DNA of 64,000 nucleotides from Octopus sinensis (GCF_006345805.1 NC_043005.1:73346001-73410000); one strand, 5' to 3'; shown: positions 1 through 14,794, counted from the first letter of the stretch. Numbers and translations are program-made. The notes: generated by a model not told the origin, from the sequence alone.

Positions 1-82
1 TCAATCGGGTTGTATCAGGCTTATAATCGAAGTGAAAATATAATCACACATGCACACATTTATAAATACATAAATATACATT

Positions 83-84
<2 letters not shown>

Positions 85-169
<85 letters not shown>

Positions 170-170
170 G
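85..170. repeat. (CA)n/(TA)n microsatellite
   Basis: Directly visible; explains the low-complexity ORF 10..219. Confidence 0.95.
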
Positions 171-472
171 TATACATATAGGCATAAATATGTATCTATA
201 CGTCATTCGGTATATTTAACAAGTTAAGTATCCAATACAACCATCGTTTTTGAGGCATTAGTGTGAACTAAGCTATAATTGGCAGCTATACCTAGCAGAT
301 CAACAAATTACATAACGGCTCCTTGGATTTATTATTACTAAATGGTGATTGGAATGGAATTATTCCAATGTTTAAAATTAATCTTAGCTTAATTAGAAAA
401 GCAGGTATATTCCTGATAATTCTTGTAATTTCCCTATACTATAGAAAATCTGCCTTGTGTGTGTGTGTGTGT

Positions 473-511
<39 letters not shown>

Positions 512-870
512 ATATATGTATATACATGCATAATACATACTTACATACTTACATACATATCCGCACATATATGTATTATTCACACGCACACACACATATA
601 TGATCCAGGCGTAGCCAAACTGTCGGCTTTTAGCTTGCTTCTTTTATTAGAATTGCAGATCTGAAGAATTCCCTTGAGGTTTCACGTTCTTTTAAAACTG
701 TGTTACATTAAGACAAAGAAAGAAAGAAAAACAAATCATACACACAAAAAAAAGATGAGAAAATAAAAATAAAAAGACAATGAAAATAATAAAATAAAAA
801 TTTAATCTACAAGAAAGATATGGCAAATATTTCGGAAGATAAAAGTATCATCATCATAAATCACCATTTT

Positions 871-1177
<307 letters not shown>

Positions 1178-1607
1178 TAGTACAACCACCGCAGCAACCT
1201 TCACCAACGCCACCCTCACAAACACCAGCTACACCACCCTCACAACCTCTACCATCTTGTCATCTCTTTCTACATCATGGCGTATAATTTCTTTATCTTC
1301 TTCTTACCCTCACACGTAATAGTTCAATCGGCAGACGACTCAATGCTATAAACTTCTTAGAATTCAAGCGACAACCTTTCATGCACTTTCTCAGTCTCAG
1401 AAGGAAAGTATCGACCTGACATATTGCGTTATTGAATGCTCGCAGCTATTGAACTTCTTCGACGCTTTTGCTCCCACACTTAACGAAAATACAATTGCTT
1501 GTATCCGCTTACCAGTATCGTTTGACCGCTAGATGTATCACCTCACGTAATCATATATATATAGGACGACACGCAAATTCGTGAAGCGTTCCATATTTAC
1601 TGCATGC

Positions 1608-1760
1608 GCAGGTGTGGCTGTGTGGTAAGCAGTTTGCTTCCCAACCACATGGTCACGAGTTCAATCCCGTTGTGTCGCACCTTGAGATGTCTTGCCCTAT
1701 ATCTCCGGACCATCCAAATTCTTGTAAGTACATTTGTTAGACAGAAACTGAAAAAAGCCC
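1608..1760 (+). mobile_element. tRNA-derived SINE (octopus OK-like), 5' part
   Basis: A-box-like TGGCTGTGTGG and B-box-like GAGTTCAATCC; same family as the full copies at 7291-7708 and 62832-63283. Confidence 0.75.
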
Positions 1761-2429
1761 ATATATATATATATATATTTATGTCGTCCCCAGTCGAAAG
1801 ACACCTGTTGTTATGTCGTGTTATTATTATTTTTATTCTATTTATATTGTATTTATATTTGTATAACATTGTCTGTTTTTCTGTCCGTGTTTTCATATAC
1901 ATTCGATGCTTTCTGCCAAGGAATCTAATGCTCTTAGTTTAGGTTTTCCTTGGGGCTGGCCAGATTGGAGCAATCTCAAGATTAATCAGCCGAAATTGCG
2001 AGGATGATCCGGTTCTTGACTATCTGGATGTTTTGTTGTCCCTTTTTGTATCACCTAGTTGTCCGGATGTTTTGTGTTCTTGTCCCATTTTGTATTATAT
2101 ATATATATATATATATATATCGTTGCTATTATGTTAAACTGTCGTATGTCCTGTTGGCCTAAAGCAATATATATCATGGTAATGTCTCAGCAAGTGTTAA
2201 GATTGTCTTAAAATAAAAAAGAACATAAATCTTGAAATTACATCTGCCCGGGGTTTACTGGGCGAAATAGTAATTTATTTCGGCTTGGTGAAAACAAGGC
2301 TGTTGGTAAGTTGACTTTTAAGCAGATAATGATTAACCAATAGACGTTTGTATAGAAGAAGACAACGAAAAAAAAGACGCAAGGGAGTTAACCGACGTTA
2401 CAATAATTGGATGTCAAGCCGGCATTAAC

Positions 2430-2690
2430 CTGATGTTACTGGTTTACTAAGTGTCCGGTGGTCTACTTTTATATTCCGACAACATGTGTCTTGGGAAATG
2501 CTGACATAAACAAAAGACCTGGTTCTTTGAATTAGCTGTATTCTGTGGGGGTTCTCAAGTCTTTTAAGATACAGGGTTTCAAGCGAACACACGGAACATT
2601 TTTTAGACCCGTTAATATAGACTCAGGATTTAGAGAAGATTTGTCATTTGACGTCGAAATTGGTTGCTTCCTCTATATATTACAGGAAAT
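2430..2690 (-). mobile_element. Decayed Penelope-like element, endonuclease C-terminal region
   Basis: Hand translation of the minus strand gives FDVK*QIFSKS*VYINGSKKCSVCSLETLY, then NSKNQVFCLCQH in another frame. This resembles the KW.I...KRC.LC..EK and LN.R.E....CRH motifs of invertebrate PLE GIY-YIG C-termini. Confidence 0.5.
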
Positions 2691-3244
2691 GAGCGAATTA
2701 AATTAACAGAAATCATATTGTGTGGTTGGTGTGTGTGCGTGTATGTAACATTAGTCTATAATGTTTTGCTTATATATATAGTTCATTTACCGTAATATAT
2801 TGCCTATTGTTGCAACACGGACGTAGCGTTGTAAACTACTGGACTTCAGATTTCCACCAGATTACAATCTATCATTTAAAATTGTCGCGTCGTCATTGTG
2901 CAGATTTCTTTGAATGCATAATATTGTATCATACGACTTCCTTTTCCACCACAAGGAAAATATAAAGTTACACTCTCTTCGCAATGTCCAGAAGTTAAAT
3001 ACAAATACAAATTTATTTTCTTTATACTCCACTATACTTCGCTTCTTCATAACCTCACGTCTGGCTAAATGACTGTTTGCTTCTAATAGACATGATTAAA
3101 TAAATATTCGTAGATCAGATTTTATATGTGTCAAAGAGATCACTATCGAGATGAATGAAACGGCAAAGAACAAAGAGATGTCAATATATGCGCTATATCT
3201 GGTGTTACATGATGCAAATATATACGCCAATATATATATATATA

Positions 3245-3562
3245 GGCGTATTAGTGGCTGTGCGGTAAGTAGCTTGCTTTTTAGTCACATGGTTCTGGGT
3301 TGAATCTTCTACTATAGCCTCGGGTCGACCAAAGCCTTGTGAGTGGATTTGGTAGATGGAAACTGAAAGAAGCCCGTCGTATATATGTATATATGTGTGT
3401 GTGTGCGTATACCCCCTCCTTGAAACCAATGTCGATGTGTTTACGTTCCCGTAACCTAGCGGTTCGGCAAAAGAGATGGGTAGAATAAGTACCAGGTTTA
3501 CAAAGAATAAATCCTGGGGTCGATTTGTTCGACTTAAGGCGAATAAAAGAATAAAAGAAAAT
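3245..3562 (+). mobile_element. tRNA-derived SINE (OK-like)
   Basis: Head GTGGCTGTGCGGTAAG, family body with central (TA)/(TG) tract, and GAATAAAA tail repeats. Confidence 0.85.
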
Positions 3563-3711
3563 AATGTATATATGCTGCTTTTATTGTACTATGTATAGTA
3601 CTTTAGTGAACAATTTAGTCTAAGGAAAATGCAGTCAAAACACGAAAAACAAATGTTACTTTTGAAATTATTTCGAATGCCTAACGGTATAGAAATAGAT
3701 AGAGAGACAGA

Positions 3712-3885
<174 letters not shown>

Positions 3886-4597
3886 AGGTATAGATATAGA
3901 TATATATATATACCTACATATACACACACATGTATATGATTAATGATTTCATCCTTCACAGCACAAACATTGCGAGAGCTAATTCTTCGGATGCTAATCA
4001 ATTAAATAAAAGCAAAATTGTGTCACAGAAACTTCATATACAATAATAAGTGCCAAGAAAATATAATAGACACAGCGTGTCATTCAAAGAAAGCAGCGAT
4101 GTTTGTATTGTAAATGAATGAACAAAGTTGTCAAGAATAATACTAAAGGTCAAATGACTGCTTAATTTATGATAGCCTAAGGAACATAAAATCAAGTGAA
4201 ATGGATTTTATATAGAACCCAATAGAAAGGAAAGGAAAACAAAAGCTTCAGAGATATAATATTGAGAGAACGATAAAATATATACCGAAGTACAAATGTA
4301 TAGAGACATACTCCCATACAAACAAGTAATGTAAAAATATTAATGTATTCCCATATACACCCACGTACACACAGCGAGTGTTCATATATATGTGCACATA
4401 GGATAGAAATAGAAGCGTTATATATTTATATTTATTTTGTTTAGCTGCAGAGATGCATAAAAACCTGCAAACAGTTATAGAGCATTCGCCTGCGAGCAGG
4501 CATAGAGCATTCGATAAATCACTATACTGTTAAACTAAATATATCTTTTCTTGTATTCGAACTTTTCTTGTATGCAAACTCTAACTAATGTTGACGT

Positions 4598-4745
4598 ATG
4601 GCGGCGTGGTTAAGAAGCCCGCTTTACAACCGTCGAGCTTCGTGTTCAGTCCTTGAGTAGGTGACTTCTACTATAGCTTCAGAACAACCAATGCCTTTTG
4701 CATGAATGTGGTAGATAGAAAACGTGTGGAAGCCCTTCGTGTATA
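4598..4745 (+). mobile_element. Diverged OK-like SINE 5' half
   Basis: Similar to the family body (CTTCTACTATAGC...GGTAGA...GAAGCCC). Confidence 0.6.
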
Positions 4746-5245
4746 TGTGTATGGTGTTCTCATTAAGAGTGAGAAGGTGAGTTAAGATTTTAACTCTTGG
4801 CGGCGGAGAAATGGGTTGCTGATGAATATTAATAAAATCTGACATCATTGAAGATATCGCTCTATCTGACTTGCCGTGGGGAGCTTCTCTCTTTTTTTCA
4901 GTCGTTAGAAAAGCGCGTGGCTAAGAGCTGTTTTGGCTGTTATTTCTAGCAATGCAGGGACTATACTTCTGTCTTTCGGTTCTAAATTGCGAATACCCAC
5001 CTTCATAATTCATTTGCTATATACATATATATATTTCATACATATATATATTTCATACATATATATATTTCATACGTATTTGATTAATTATATTAATCAT
5101 ATTTGATATACGTTTGATTAATTGATTAATTAAATTCGATTAAAGGTTGTATTAACCTCATAAAGACACGGTGTCATCCAAGAAAATACTTGCTCAATAC
5201 CTAGTATTTGGTGGGGGAGATTAATCTCCTTATTGAATACCTATT

Positions 5246-5377
5246 TATATGACCTGAGCATAATATCTTCAGAGAGAAAAAATATACCCTTTGATGTTTT
5301 ATAAATGTTTATGTATTCATTACACCAGTCGAAGGTTTTATTTGCCCCCTCTGAAGCTATTATGCCCAGGTCATATA
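5246..5377. mobile_element. Small MITE-like foldback
   Basis: TATATGACCTGAGCATAATATCTTCAGAG ... CTCTGAAGCTATTATGCCCAGGTCATATA: 29-bp inverted termini with 2 mismatches, TA at both ends. Confidence 0.65.
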
Positions 5378-5384
5378 GATATAG

Positions 5385-5449
<65 letters not shown>

Positions 5450-7290
5450 TGTAGATGTTTCCACATGAGTATAAGTATAAAGAAAGAAACTTGTATATGC
5501 ACTTGAATAAAATATATTTACAGTAATTTAGCCGGATTCAAAATTAACAAAATTTTCAAAAGAGAAACAGCCATGCGCAAATAGAGGCACTGCGCCTACT
5601 TTGACAGTTAACACTCTCAAGCATATATGAAGAATTCTGCACTAGCATTCTGTTACAAATACCCACTAAAACTTTAGAATTTTGATTAAATTCCGCCAGG
5701 ACTCTCTATATTCCGTTACATTTGAAAATCATGAATTTTCTGAAACCGGTTAGGCATTTGTAATTACATTTTCCTACAGAGCATTTTCCGCTTATTTTCT
5801 TTCCGGAATTGGCAGTCATTAATGCCGCATAAAATGCTTTGTGGTTTAGTTCCGATTCTATTTTACCTCAAAGTAAATCCATCCGATTCAATCTTGCTCC
5901 TCTTACTTTTGAGATCGATAAGTTAAATGCAACTTGAGAACAGTAGATTGCTTCAGTTATAAAAACGCTGGAGAGGATACTCTTCAGCATCGTTTTCGTC
6001 TCTGTACTGAGGAGAGAGTAGAAATCTTATTTCCTGTTATGTTACTGGAATAAATATGTGACATTTCTGTCAGATACGTTTGGTGTGAGATATGAGCCAC
6101 ATATAAATATAAAAGAAACATGGATTCTTAGGTTCGACAGCAAAGTTCATTCGGATACACCGATGTATATGTGTATATGTGTATACATACATACGTACAA
6201 ATATACATATATACATACGTAAATACGTGTTTTGTGTGTGAACTGCAATGTACTCGAACAAATGAAGTTAACTTTTTTTTAAATTCTCGTCATTCTTGTC
6301 TAAACCATCACTTCTTAAATGTCATATGTGTGCATCTTCGTATATATATAGATATATGTTTGTACGCACGCCTGTGTGTAAGTGTGTGTTTATGAGTGCA
6401 CTTGCGTGCTAGTGTGCATGCGTGTATGTGTCTGTGTGCTTGTGTGTATATGTGAGATAGCATACATACACGCGCGTGAATATATGTATATATGTATGCA
6501 CACACACGGGCATATATATATAGTGACTGTGTGTTTCTGTGTCTAGGTGTCTTTGTATATATATTTATATGTACACATGTTCACTTGTTTGCCTTTCCTT
6601 TCACCATATGATTTAAAACTACAATGTCATGCGGTGTATTACTAAATGCTACAAAGAAAAGTGTCTGTATTCTTGAAAACATGATGAAAATGAAAACAAA
6701 AGCAAAAAAAAAAAATAAAAATAAAAATAAGGAAGAATTTCAAAACTAGTTTTGTTGTTTATTTCTTGAACCAAATTTATGAAAGATTATTTGGAAACAT
6801 CAAAGCTCAGGAGCTGAAAACTGAGGATTAAGAGTGAGGTGAGTGGATTAATGTTAAATCGAATACGAACTCGTGATAAGGAATTATGGCGAGTTGTAGG
6901 CGTTGTTATGGTTATTTGGTAATGTTCTATATAATGGTGAGGCAGAGGATATGTTGATGTGGAAGGCTAGAAAGAAGTTGGTTGACTAAGAGACTATTTC
7001 AGCTATATCGACAGAAGGACCCGAATGCGTTGAAACAAAAATAGATACTTTCATTAATGAATGTAGTTTTCTATTAATTGAATTTCTAAATTTGCTTTTC
7101 AGTTGCCATAGCGGGATTTAAGTAAATTCCGTAATTATTGAGTGGATGAAGTAAAGGAGTGGTATAATGAGCACAGAGACATGCGTGGGCAGACTAATCC
7201 GTAAATTGATTCGTAAGGTGGTTGGTTAATTGACTGCGTTGAAGAATAGAGAGAAGAATAACGAATAAGTGAATATATGAGGATGCTGAT

Positions 7291-7708
7291 ATTCTTTTAC
7301 TCTTTTACTTGTTTCACTCATTGACTGCGGCCATGCTGGAGCACCACCTTTTGTCGAGCAAATCGACCCCAGGATTTATTCTTTGAAAGCCTAGTACTTA
7401 TTTTATCGGTCGCTTTTGCCGGACCGCTAAGTTACGGGAACGTAAACACACCAGCATCGGTTGTCAAGCGATGTTGGAGGACAAACAAAGACACACAAAC
7501 ATACACAAACACACACACACACACACGCATACACATATATATATACATATACACGACGGGCTTCTTTCAGTTTTCGTCTACCAAATCCACTCACAAGGCT
7601 TTGGTCGGCCCGAGGCTATTGTAGAAGACACTTGCCCAGGGTGACACACAGTGGGACTGAACCCGGAAACATGTGGCTGGTAAGCAAGCTACTTACCACA
7701 CAGCCACT
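7291..7708 (-). mobile_element. Full-length tRNA-derived SINE (OK-like)
   Basis: Reverse complement has a tRNA-like head, central CA/TA tract, 3' CAGCATGGCCGCAGTC...GAAAC, and a (GTAAAAGA)n tail. Confidence 0.9.
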
Positions 7709-7949
7709 GATAGATAAAAGAATAAGGGAAAGAAAATGTTAAAATAAGAATATATGATCTTGTAGGGAATGATTTACTGAAAACATGAGAGAGAGAGAGA
7801 GACAGAGACAGAGAGAGACAGAGACAGAGAGAGACAGAGACAGAGAGAGACAGAGACAGAGAGAGACAGAGAGAGTAAACCTCCAAATTTGTGTACTTCT
7901 TATGTTAAATCATAAATTGTTATGAGGGAGAAATATATTGGTTTCAAAG

Positions 7950-8150
7950 TTTGGTACTAGGTCGGCAATTTCGAGGAAGGAGTTAAGTCGATTACATCGC
8001 CTCTAGTACTCAACTACTATTTATTTCATCGATCCCCACCCCGAAAGGATGAATGTCAAAAGCGCCCTCGGCAGATTTTGAACTGGGAGGGAAAAAACGG
8101 ACGAAACACTGCCAAGCCGTGTGTGTTAACGATTCTGCCAGCTCGCCGCT
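7950..8150 (-). mobile_element. tRNA-derived SINE (octopus OR-like), diverged
   Basis: Reverse complement starts GGCGAGCTGGCAGAATCGTT and contains TTCATCCTTTCGGG. Confidence 0.75.
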
Positions 8151-8325
8151 TTACGGGGGAGAAATTATTACTGTGCTAAGATGTACGACGGAGATGGAGA
8201 AGATAATGGGCAAGGAAGCGGCTGAGGAATTTGAATTTGACATAGTGTGTTGGTAACGGTTAAAGCTCTGATTAGATAAATAGATAGATAGATAGATAGA
8301 TTGATAGATAGATAGATAGATAGAG

Positions 8326-8381
<56 letters not shown>

Positions 8382-8728
8382 TGATAGATGGAGAGATGAG
8401 AGAGAGAGAGAGAGAAAGAGACATTTTAGTGATTAGAGACAGTTGTGGATGAATGAAAGACAAGAATGTGTGTATGAGAATATAGAGGGAAACATCTGTG
8501 TAAATAAATATGATGCTGACTCAATAGATAGCTGTCGGTAAGGGAAGCAAATGAAGGTGTACGTAAATATAGAAAATAATGATAGTACGTGCAAATTACT
8601 ACTTGCGAATTAGTGCGTACTTTCTTATAATTTCTACATATAAACATTCCTGTAGTTCACCTACCAACTTCTTCGAAATTCTTAGTTTACTGTTTCTGCA
8701 ATTAATTTGGACAGTCTATTCAATAGAC

Positions 8729-9272
8729 TTTTCTACTCTAGGCACAAGGCTCGAAGTTTTTGGGGAGGGGCCCAGTCTATTAGATCGACCCCACTACGCA
8801 ACTGGTACTTAATTTATCGACCCTGAAAGGATGAAAGGCAAAGTCGACCTCGGCGGAATTCGAACTCAGAACGGAAAGACAGACGAAATACTGCTAAGCA
8901 TTTCTCCCGGCGTGTTAACGTTTCTTATTTCTTTATTGCTCACAAGGGGCTAAACATAGAGGGAAGAAACAAGAACAGACAAGCGGATTAAGTCGATTAC
9001 ATGGACCCCAGTGCACAACTGGTACTTAATTTATAGACTCCGAAAGGATGAAAGGCAAAGTCGACCTCGGCGGAATTTGTACTCAGAACGTAACGGCAGA
9101 CGAAATACTTATTTCTTTACTACCACAAGGGGCTAAACACAAAGAGGACAAACAAGGACAGACAAACGGATTAAGTCGATTATATCGACTCCAGTGCGTA
9201 AGTGGTACTTAATTTATGGACCTCGAAAGGATGAAAGGCAAAGTCGACCTCGGCGGAATTTGAATTCAGAAC
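8729..9272 (-). mobile_element. Three tandem OR-like SINE units
   Basis: GAAAGGATGAAAGGCAAAGTCGACCTCGGCGGAATT occurs three times about 190-200 bp apart. Confidence 0.85.
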
Positions 9273-9812
9273 CTAATATACATATTAGAGACAGGGAGAG
9301 AGTATATAGGAATGCTGGATACTTTCGTTGTATGCAAACTGACAATGACAACTTAATGTACTCGGGGAAGAGAATAAGATGTTAAACTATGGGGCTATTT
9401 CGACGAAAAGAAGGGAAACCTAGGTTATTTAGTAAATTAGTAAGATTATAAATAAGTTAGTAAATTCGTCAATAAGAATAATTCACCTTTTTCAGGCACT
9501 CGAAGAATATGTGAATTAGTAAATTTAATTAATGGGTTGCTATGTAAATTGATTTACAAATTAATTCATGAATTAGCTAGTAAGCTGAATGCGTAAATTA
9601 CTGTATAAATGCATGTCTGAGGGAATGAGTGAATTAAGGAAGGTGAGAAGAAGAGAAGGGATGAAAGAAAGGAAGGAATGCATGAACGATCGGATGTAGA
9701 AATACAATATGACAAGGAGAGAGGGATTTCCCTGAAGGTGGCTCGAAATAAGGTTGGGTCAGATAAAATTGAATTTTTTGGGGCGCTAGATCAAGAATTT
9801 AAATGAATCTTC

Positions 9813-10022
9813 AATAAATGAATTAATTTGTAAACATGCTAATTAGCACGCTGACATGTAGATTGAATGTGCAAGGACAGAGGAATGCAAAAATAGGATA
9901 TGAAGAAATGAGAATCATTAATAAATGAATTAATTTGTAAACATGCTAATTAGCACGCTGACATGTAGATTGAATGTGCAAGGACAGAGGAATGCAAAAA
10001 TAGGATATGAAGAAATGAGAAT
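9813..10022. repeat. Perfect direct tandem duplication, period 107 bp
   Basis: 9813-9915 is identical to 9920-10022. Confidence 0.95.
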
Positions 10023-10029
10023 TTAAACT

Positions 10030-10900
10030 GCCATTCAATCAAATATGTATACCCTTATTTATTTGGTAGCCTGATGAAGCTGGGTTGGGATTTATGTAAA
10101 ATATTACCCCTATGCCGCTGTATGGCACGCGGCAAGCATAAATAGGACTACCTAAGATAGACATTAAATGATATTTCATATTATATCCATTCATTGGGCC
10201 CCTTCGCCCACTCATGTAAAGAGTTATTTTCTGCAGATTTATATCCGAGTGTTAGTGTTCTATTTGGAAATTGTTGGAGATATTCATCCAAGAACTGCTT
10301 GAATTCCATGAAATCTTTTTTTTCATTTATGTGTCTTGGCATGATTTAAAAGAGAGCAACGCCAGATGAGGTGAAGCAGTTCTGCATTAATGTTGTGTTG
10401 TGACGTTAGTATGATTTTGATTTTTGTGCAGGACGGATGGCACAGGAAAGGACCAGAACTAGGGGAAAATATGAAGTTGATGACGATACCATTTAGGCAA
10501 CGTTGTTAGAATATTTTCCGCATCATACAAATAATATAATATTCAGGCAGCCTTGGAGAGAATAAATTTTGAGCCTCTCGATCCGGCCTCAAAAATCAAG
10601 TCCTGTTATATCGATTTTTGTGATTGACCGCTGGTGTGTTTCAAGTTTTATAATACTTTGTTTCGTCAGGAGAAACCACGACTAACAACTTTATTCAAGA
10701 TAGGCGGCCAAAGGTAGAAAAGGTAGAAAAGGGAAGTATAATATTGGGAGCCTCTCTAGCCCAGGGAGTCCTGAAGAACTAGCAGCACGCTTTGAGAGCT
10801 ACATCTAGCTACTCTGGGGTCCCTAGTGGTGTTTGATACGATGTGGTTTTAGCCACGGGGTAAGAGTGTATGGCAGCTTAAGTGCAGCTTCTTTACTGAA
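10030..10900 (-). mobile_element. Decayed CR1-group LINE 3' end
   Basis: Minus strand reads QRSITK...ERLKIYSLQ and CFTSSGVALF*IMPRHINEKKDFMEFKQFLDEYLQQFP...GY...NNSLHEW, collinear with the C-terminus of the 47633..48145 ORF. The upstream boundary is uncertain. Confidence 0.65.
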
Positions 10901-11037
10901 GTGGGTTGATTCAAATCTATTCTCGTTCAGTGGTATGTTGTATTTTCCGTTGATTAGATAGCAACAGGTAGATCCGATTGGAGATTTGTCCTATCTCCCA
11001 CTCTATCGACGCCTTTCAGAAACTTATAATCATCCGT

Positions 11038-11077
<40 letters not shown>

Positions 11078-11360
11078 CATACATACATACATACATACAT
11101 ACATACATACATACATACATACACACATATATATACATACATACATACACACATACATACATACATACATACATATACATACATACATACATACATACAT
11201 ACACACATACACATATATGTCTGTGTACATGTGCGATGTGTGTTTCTAAGTGTGTGTGTGTGTGTGTGTTTGTGCAAGTGTGTGTGTGATTGTGTGTGTG
11301 TGTGTTTGTGTGTGTGTGTGATTGTGTATGTGTGTGTGTGTGTGCGTGCGTGTGTGCGTG
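11038..11360. repeat. Compound (GATA)n-(CATA)n-(GT)n microsatellite
   Basis: Directly visible. Confidence 0.95.
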
Positions 11361-11694
11361 TGTTTCTGTGTGTTATAGACCCAACCCGATATGCAAGTTC
11401 AGTGTCGGCTCAAAATAAAGCCGAAATATTTAAAATCAAAGTTTACTCTTTTGATTACAAATTACTCAGAAAGTTTCTTCAAAATTATTTCGTCCTTTCG
11501 TTAAAATACACCTTCCCAATGCAATTTCAGAAGCACTAGAGTTTAGAAACCAGGCCCAGAGTGGTAGTTGAGCTACAGGATAAAATTTGTATTGTTCTTT
11601 GCCGAAAGATCATGAAGGCACATGTGTTGCCTCAGTGCATCATCTAACCTTGATTTCTCCGTGTCACACACTTATCCAGCGTATTGCCTTTCTT

Positions 11695-12085
11695 AGTTAG
11701 TTAGTTAGTTAGTTAATTTTTTGGCTCAAAAAGCAAAAAGCAAGGCCATGTAGGGGGACATGGAGTTACGTACAGGGTGGTGTTCATGTAAAGAGTTCAG
11801 GCCACTTGAGGTCAAGGAAGACCTTGAACCGAGCAGTCGTCGGCATCTTCACCATCTCGTCTGGCAGCTTATTCCACGGATCCACAACCCGGACGGAGAA
11901 AGCCCCTCTCCTTCGATTGAGATGAAATCGTCGCAGATAGAGCTTTTCGGAATGACCCCGCAGCCGACGCTCTGGAGCAGGAGTGAAGAACAGTTCTTTC
12001 GAGAGGTTACACTTTCCGCTTATGATGTTGTGAGCAAGAATGAGATCTCCACGGTGTCGTCGTTTTTCTAGAGAATATTCCAAGA
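11695..12085 (-). mobile_element. 5'-truncated CR1-clade LINE with (TAAC)n tail
   Basis: ORF 11784..12083 has YSLEKRRHRGDLI...RGHSEKL...FSVRVVDPWNKLP...FK..LD, a typical CR1 ORF2 C-terminus, followed by (TAAC)n. Confidence 0.9.
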
Positions 12086-13007
12086 TACCCTCGCAAACTG
12101 TCTATTCATCGGCTATTCACGTGGAGCGAACTCACGATGAATGGTACCATATTAGAATTAAAAAAGAAAGAAAGAATATTATGATCAACATCAACTTCGC
12201 ATTTGTGCAACTTTGCCTCCAAGCATATGCTATGACTGTCCTTTTATTATCAGATCTTAGAAGAAATAGCCTCGTTTCGTCGCTTGTTGTAAGAATTTTT
12301 CAAATTCTTCTTTCAGATATTGTGATCAATTCTCTTTCAGTTCATTAGACGGAAATCGCATTTGAAATGACACGATTCAATTCATACAAAATCATAGCAA
12401 TTGAATTGCTGTTGTTGTTTAATTCAGTGTATAGTCCAGCGACAAATGATAGCACGCATAGTCGACATGTCTTCATTCAAAGTTTGAGTTGAAGGATGTC
12501 GATATTTCAAACATCTTCGGTGTATATTCTTAGCGATTTGAAATTAATTCAAGCACGACACGGAATATTGAATACGCCTTAGACATTCTTCCTATATCTA
12601 TCTTTATTGCAAAATAAAAAAAATTTCCCTAAATATTTTGCACCCTTTGAAACAAATATTCATACAAACACGAAAAAGTATACAAAAGAGATTCCAAATT
12701 TGAAAGAACATTTCAAGCAGGTACGTTTCTCTCCCAGATTCTTCAGCCTTCCAGTAGAACAAATCACCCACTGCAGTAAAGTTGTGATGTGCAAAAAGGT
12801 GTTCAAGGTTTCCAAATTTCTGGCATGTTGAACTGTGTCATGTTCTTCTTTTCTGACAAACTGTGCCCAACTGACCATACTATACTGTGTAGTGGACAAA
12901 ATAATGCGCATGCGCAAAATAAAAAAATACTGAAGGGCGACAATTTACCCATCGCACACGGCATGTGCGTGCGTGTGTGTTTGTGTCTGTATGTGTGACT
13001 GTGCGTG

Positions 13008-13084
<77 letters not shown>

Positions 13085-13612
13085 GTATATACATAAAAGA
13101 TAGGTTGATAGAAAAGCAGACAGATGGATAGACATTAGATAGATTGATAGATAGATAGATAGATAGATAGATAGAAAGATAATAGAGACATACCCGCCTT
13201 TGGCCAGTTAATTAAGGCTTCATTTTATAGCTTATTTTGTTTTTCAAATTCACGTTAACACTGTGTAAATATCCAACATCAAACACAATAATTAATTTCT
13301 AAGAGATATACGCTTTTATTTTGACGATAAAAGTTTCACTTGTATTTCAGTAACACGTTAGAAAAGGGGAAAAAAAGAAAACTACAATTATAGACGCAGA
13401 CACTCAGACATAAAAATATGAATAAGTACCATGCAGACATATCTTTAACGGAATAGAACATGAAGTTGAAGCAGACAAAAGCAGACATGAACAATTACGA
13501 GAGGAGAGAGAGCGATATATAATGTACATATACACATATATATATATATATATTATATATATATATATAATATATATACATATATGTGCATATATGTATA
13601 TGTATATGCATG

Positions 13613-13643
<31 letters not shown>

Positions 13644-13921
13644 GTGTGTGTGTATGTGTGTACGTTAAACAGTTTTCTCTCTCATCTGTCTATCAATCTG
13701 CATACATATATATACATAAAAGATAGATTGACAGACATATATATATATATATTGTTTTGTGTGTGTGTAAGTATATATGTATATATGTATACACATATAT
13801 TTGTATATATGTATATGCATATATAACTATATACATATATACACAGGTATAAACACACAATGTATGTGTATATGTATGTGAGTGTAGGTGTGTATGAGAA
13901 TTTGTGTGTGTGTGTGTGTGT

Positions 13922-13959
<38 letters not shown>

Positions 13960-14563
13960 TATTTGCCTCTATATGTATTATGTAATCTTCGAAAGAAAGT
14001 GAAATATTCTCTCTTTGGAATGGTGGAAAACTATAGATAATTGCCGGTAAACAGAACAAAAAAAATGACTCTATGTAGCGTTGGTTTAGTATAATTTATT
14101 AGAAACAGAATCTTCGCCATTGTTATTCGGAGTGAGAAGCTCTGAAAAACTATGTAAGCAAATACATTCATAAAGTTATATATATATATATATATATATA
14201 CATATAGGTGAAAACTTCGCGTGAGAGAGATAGGGTGAAGTGAAACTGTCACATTATGCGTTCCAGCAGGTGTGTCTATGAATGTATATCTCTTGCAGTA
14301 CCACCCCATCACTTCGACGGGCTTTGAAGCAGAGATCTGAAAGGTTCTTACATCAACGTGCAATGTGAAGTTTCTAACATTTGGAAGATGAAAATAAAAA
14401 GATTTCTTTTGACACAGTAAATATAGGCGTAAACAAGAAGTGTTGTGTCATTCATATGTACTAAACGTATAATAAACACTCGCCACCTTGCTTTTATGTT
14501 TTCTGTTAATGCACCAACTCGTCCCTTAAGTCTTTTTGTAACGTCTGTAGATTGTTGTTGTTA

Positions 14564-14595
<32 letters not shown>

Positions 14596-14794
14596 GCTAT
14601 TATTAATATTATTATTATTATTATATTTTATTATTATTATTACTATTATTATTATTATTGCTATTATTAATATTATTATTATTATTATTATTATGATTAT
14701 TATTATTATTATTATTGTTGTTGTTGTTGTGATGTTGTTGTTGTTGTTGCTGTTGCTGTTGTTGTTGTTATTATTATTATTATTATTGTTATTA

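Noticed and set aside
1910-2005. Structured repeat CCAAGGAA...TTCCTTGG and GGCTG...CAGCC-GAAA
   Set aside because: Hairpins are real, but there is no CUGANGA core, so I cannot assign a ribozyme or family.
10065-10150. CTGATGA with GGTAG/CTACC flanks as a hammerhead
   Set aside because: There is no GAAA core, and the sequence is the antisense strand of a CR1-like 3' UTR.
12090-12965. Possible DNA-transposon relic ending near GCGCATGCGC...TTTACCCATCGCACACGGC
   Set aside because: No matching second terminus or diagnostic catalytic motif could be found by eye.
14500-14560. Minus-strand ...NNNLQTLQKDLRDELVH* as a terminal exon
   Set aside because: It is only 14 non-repeat residues next to a microsatellite, with no acceptor or homology support.
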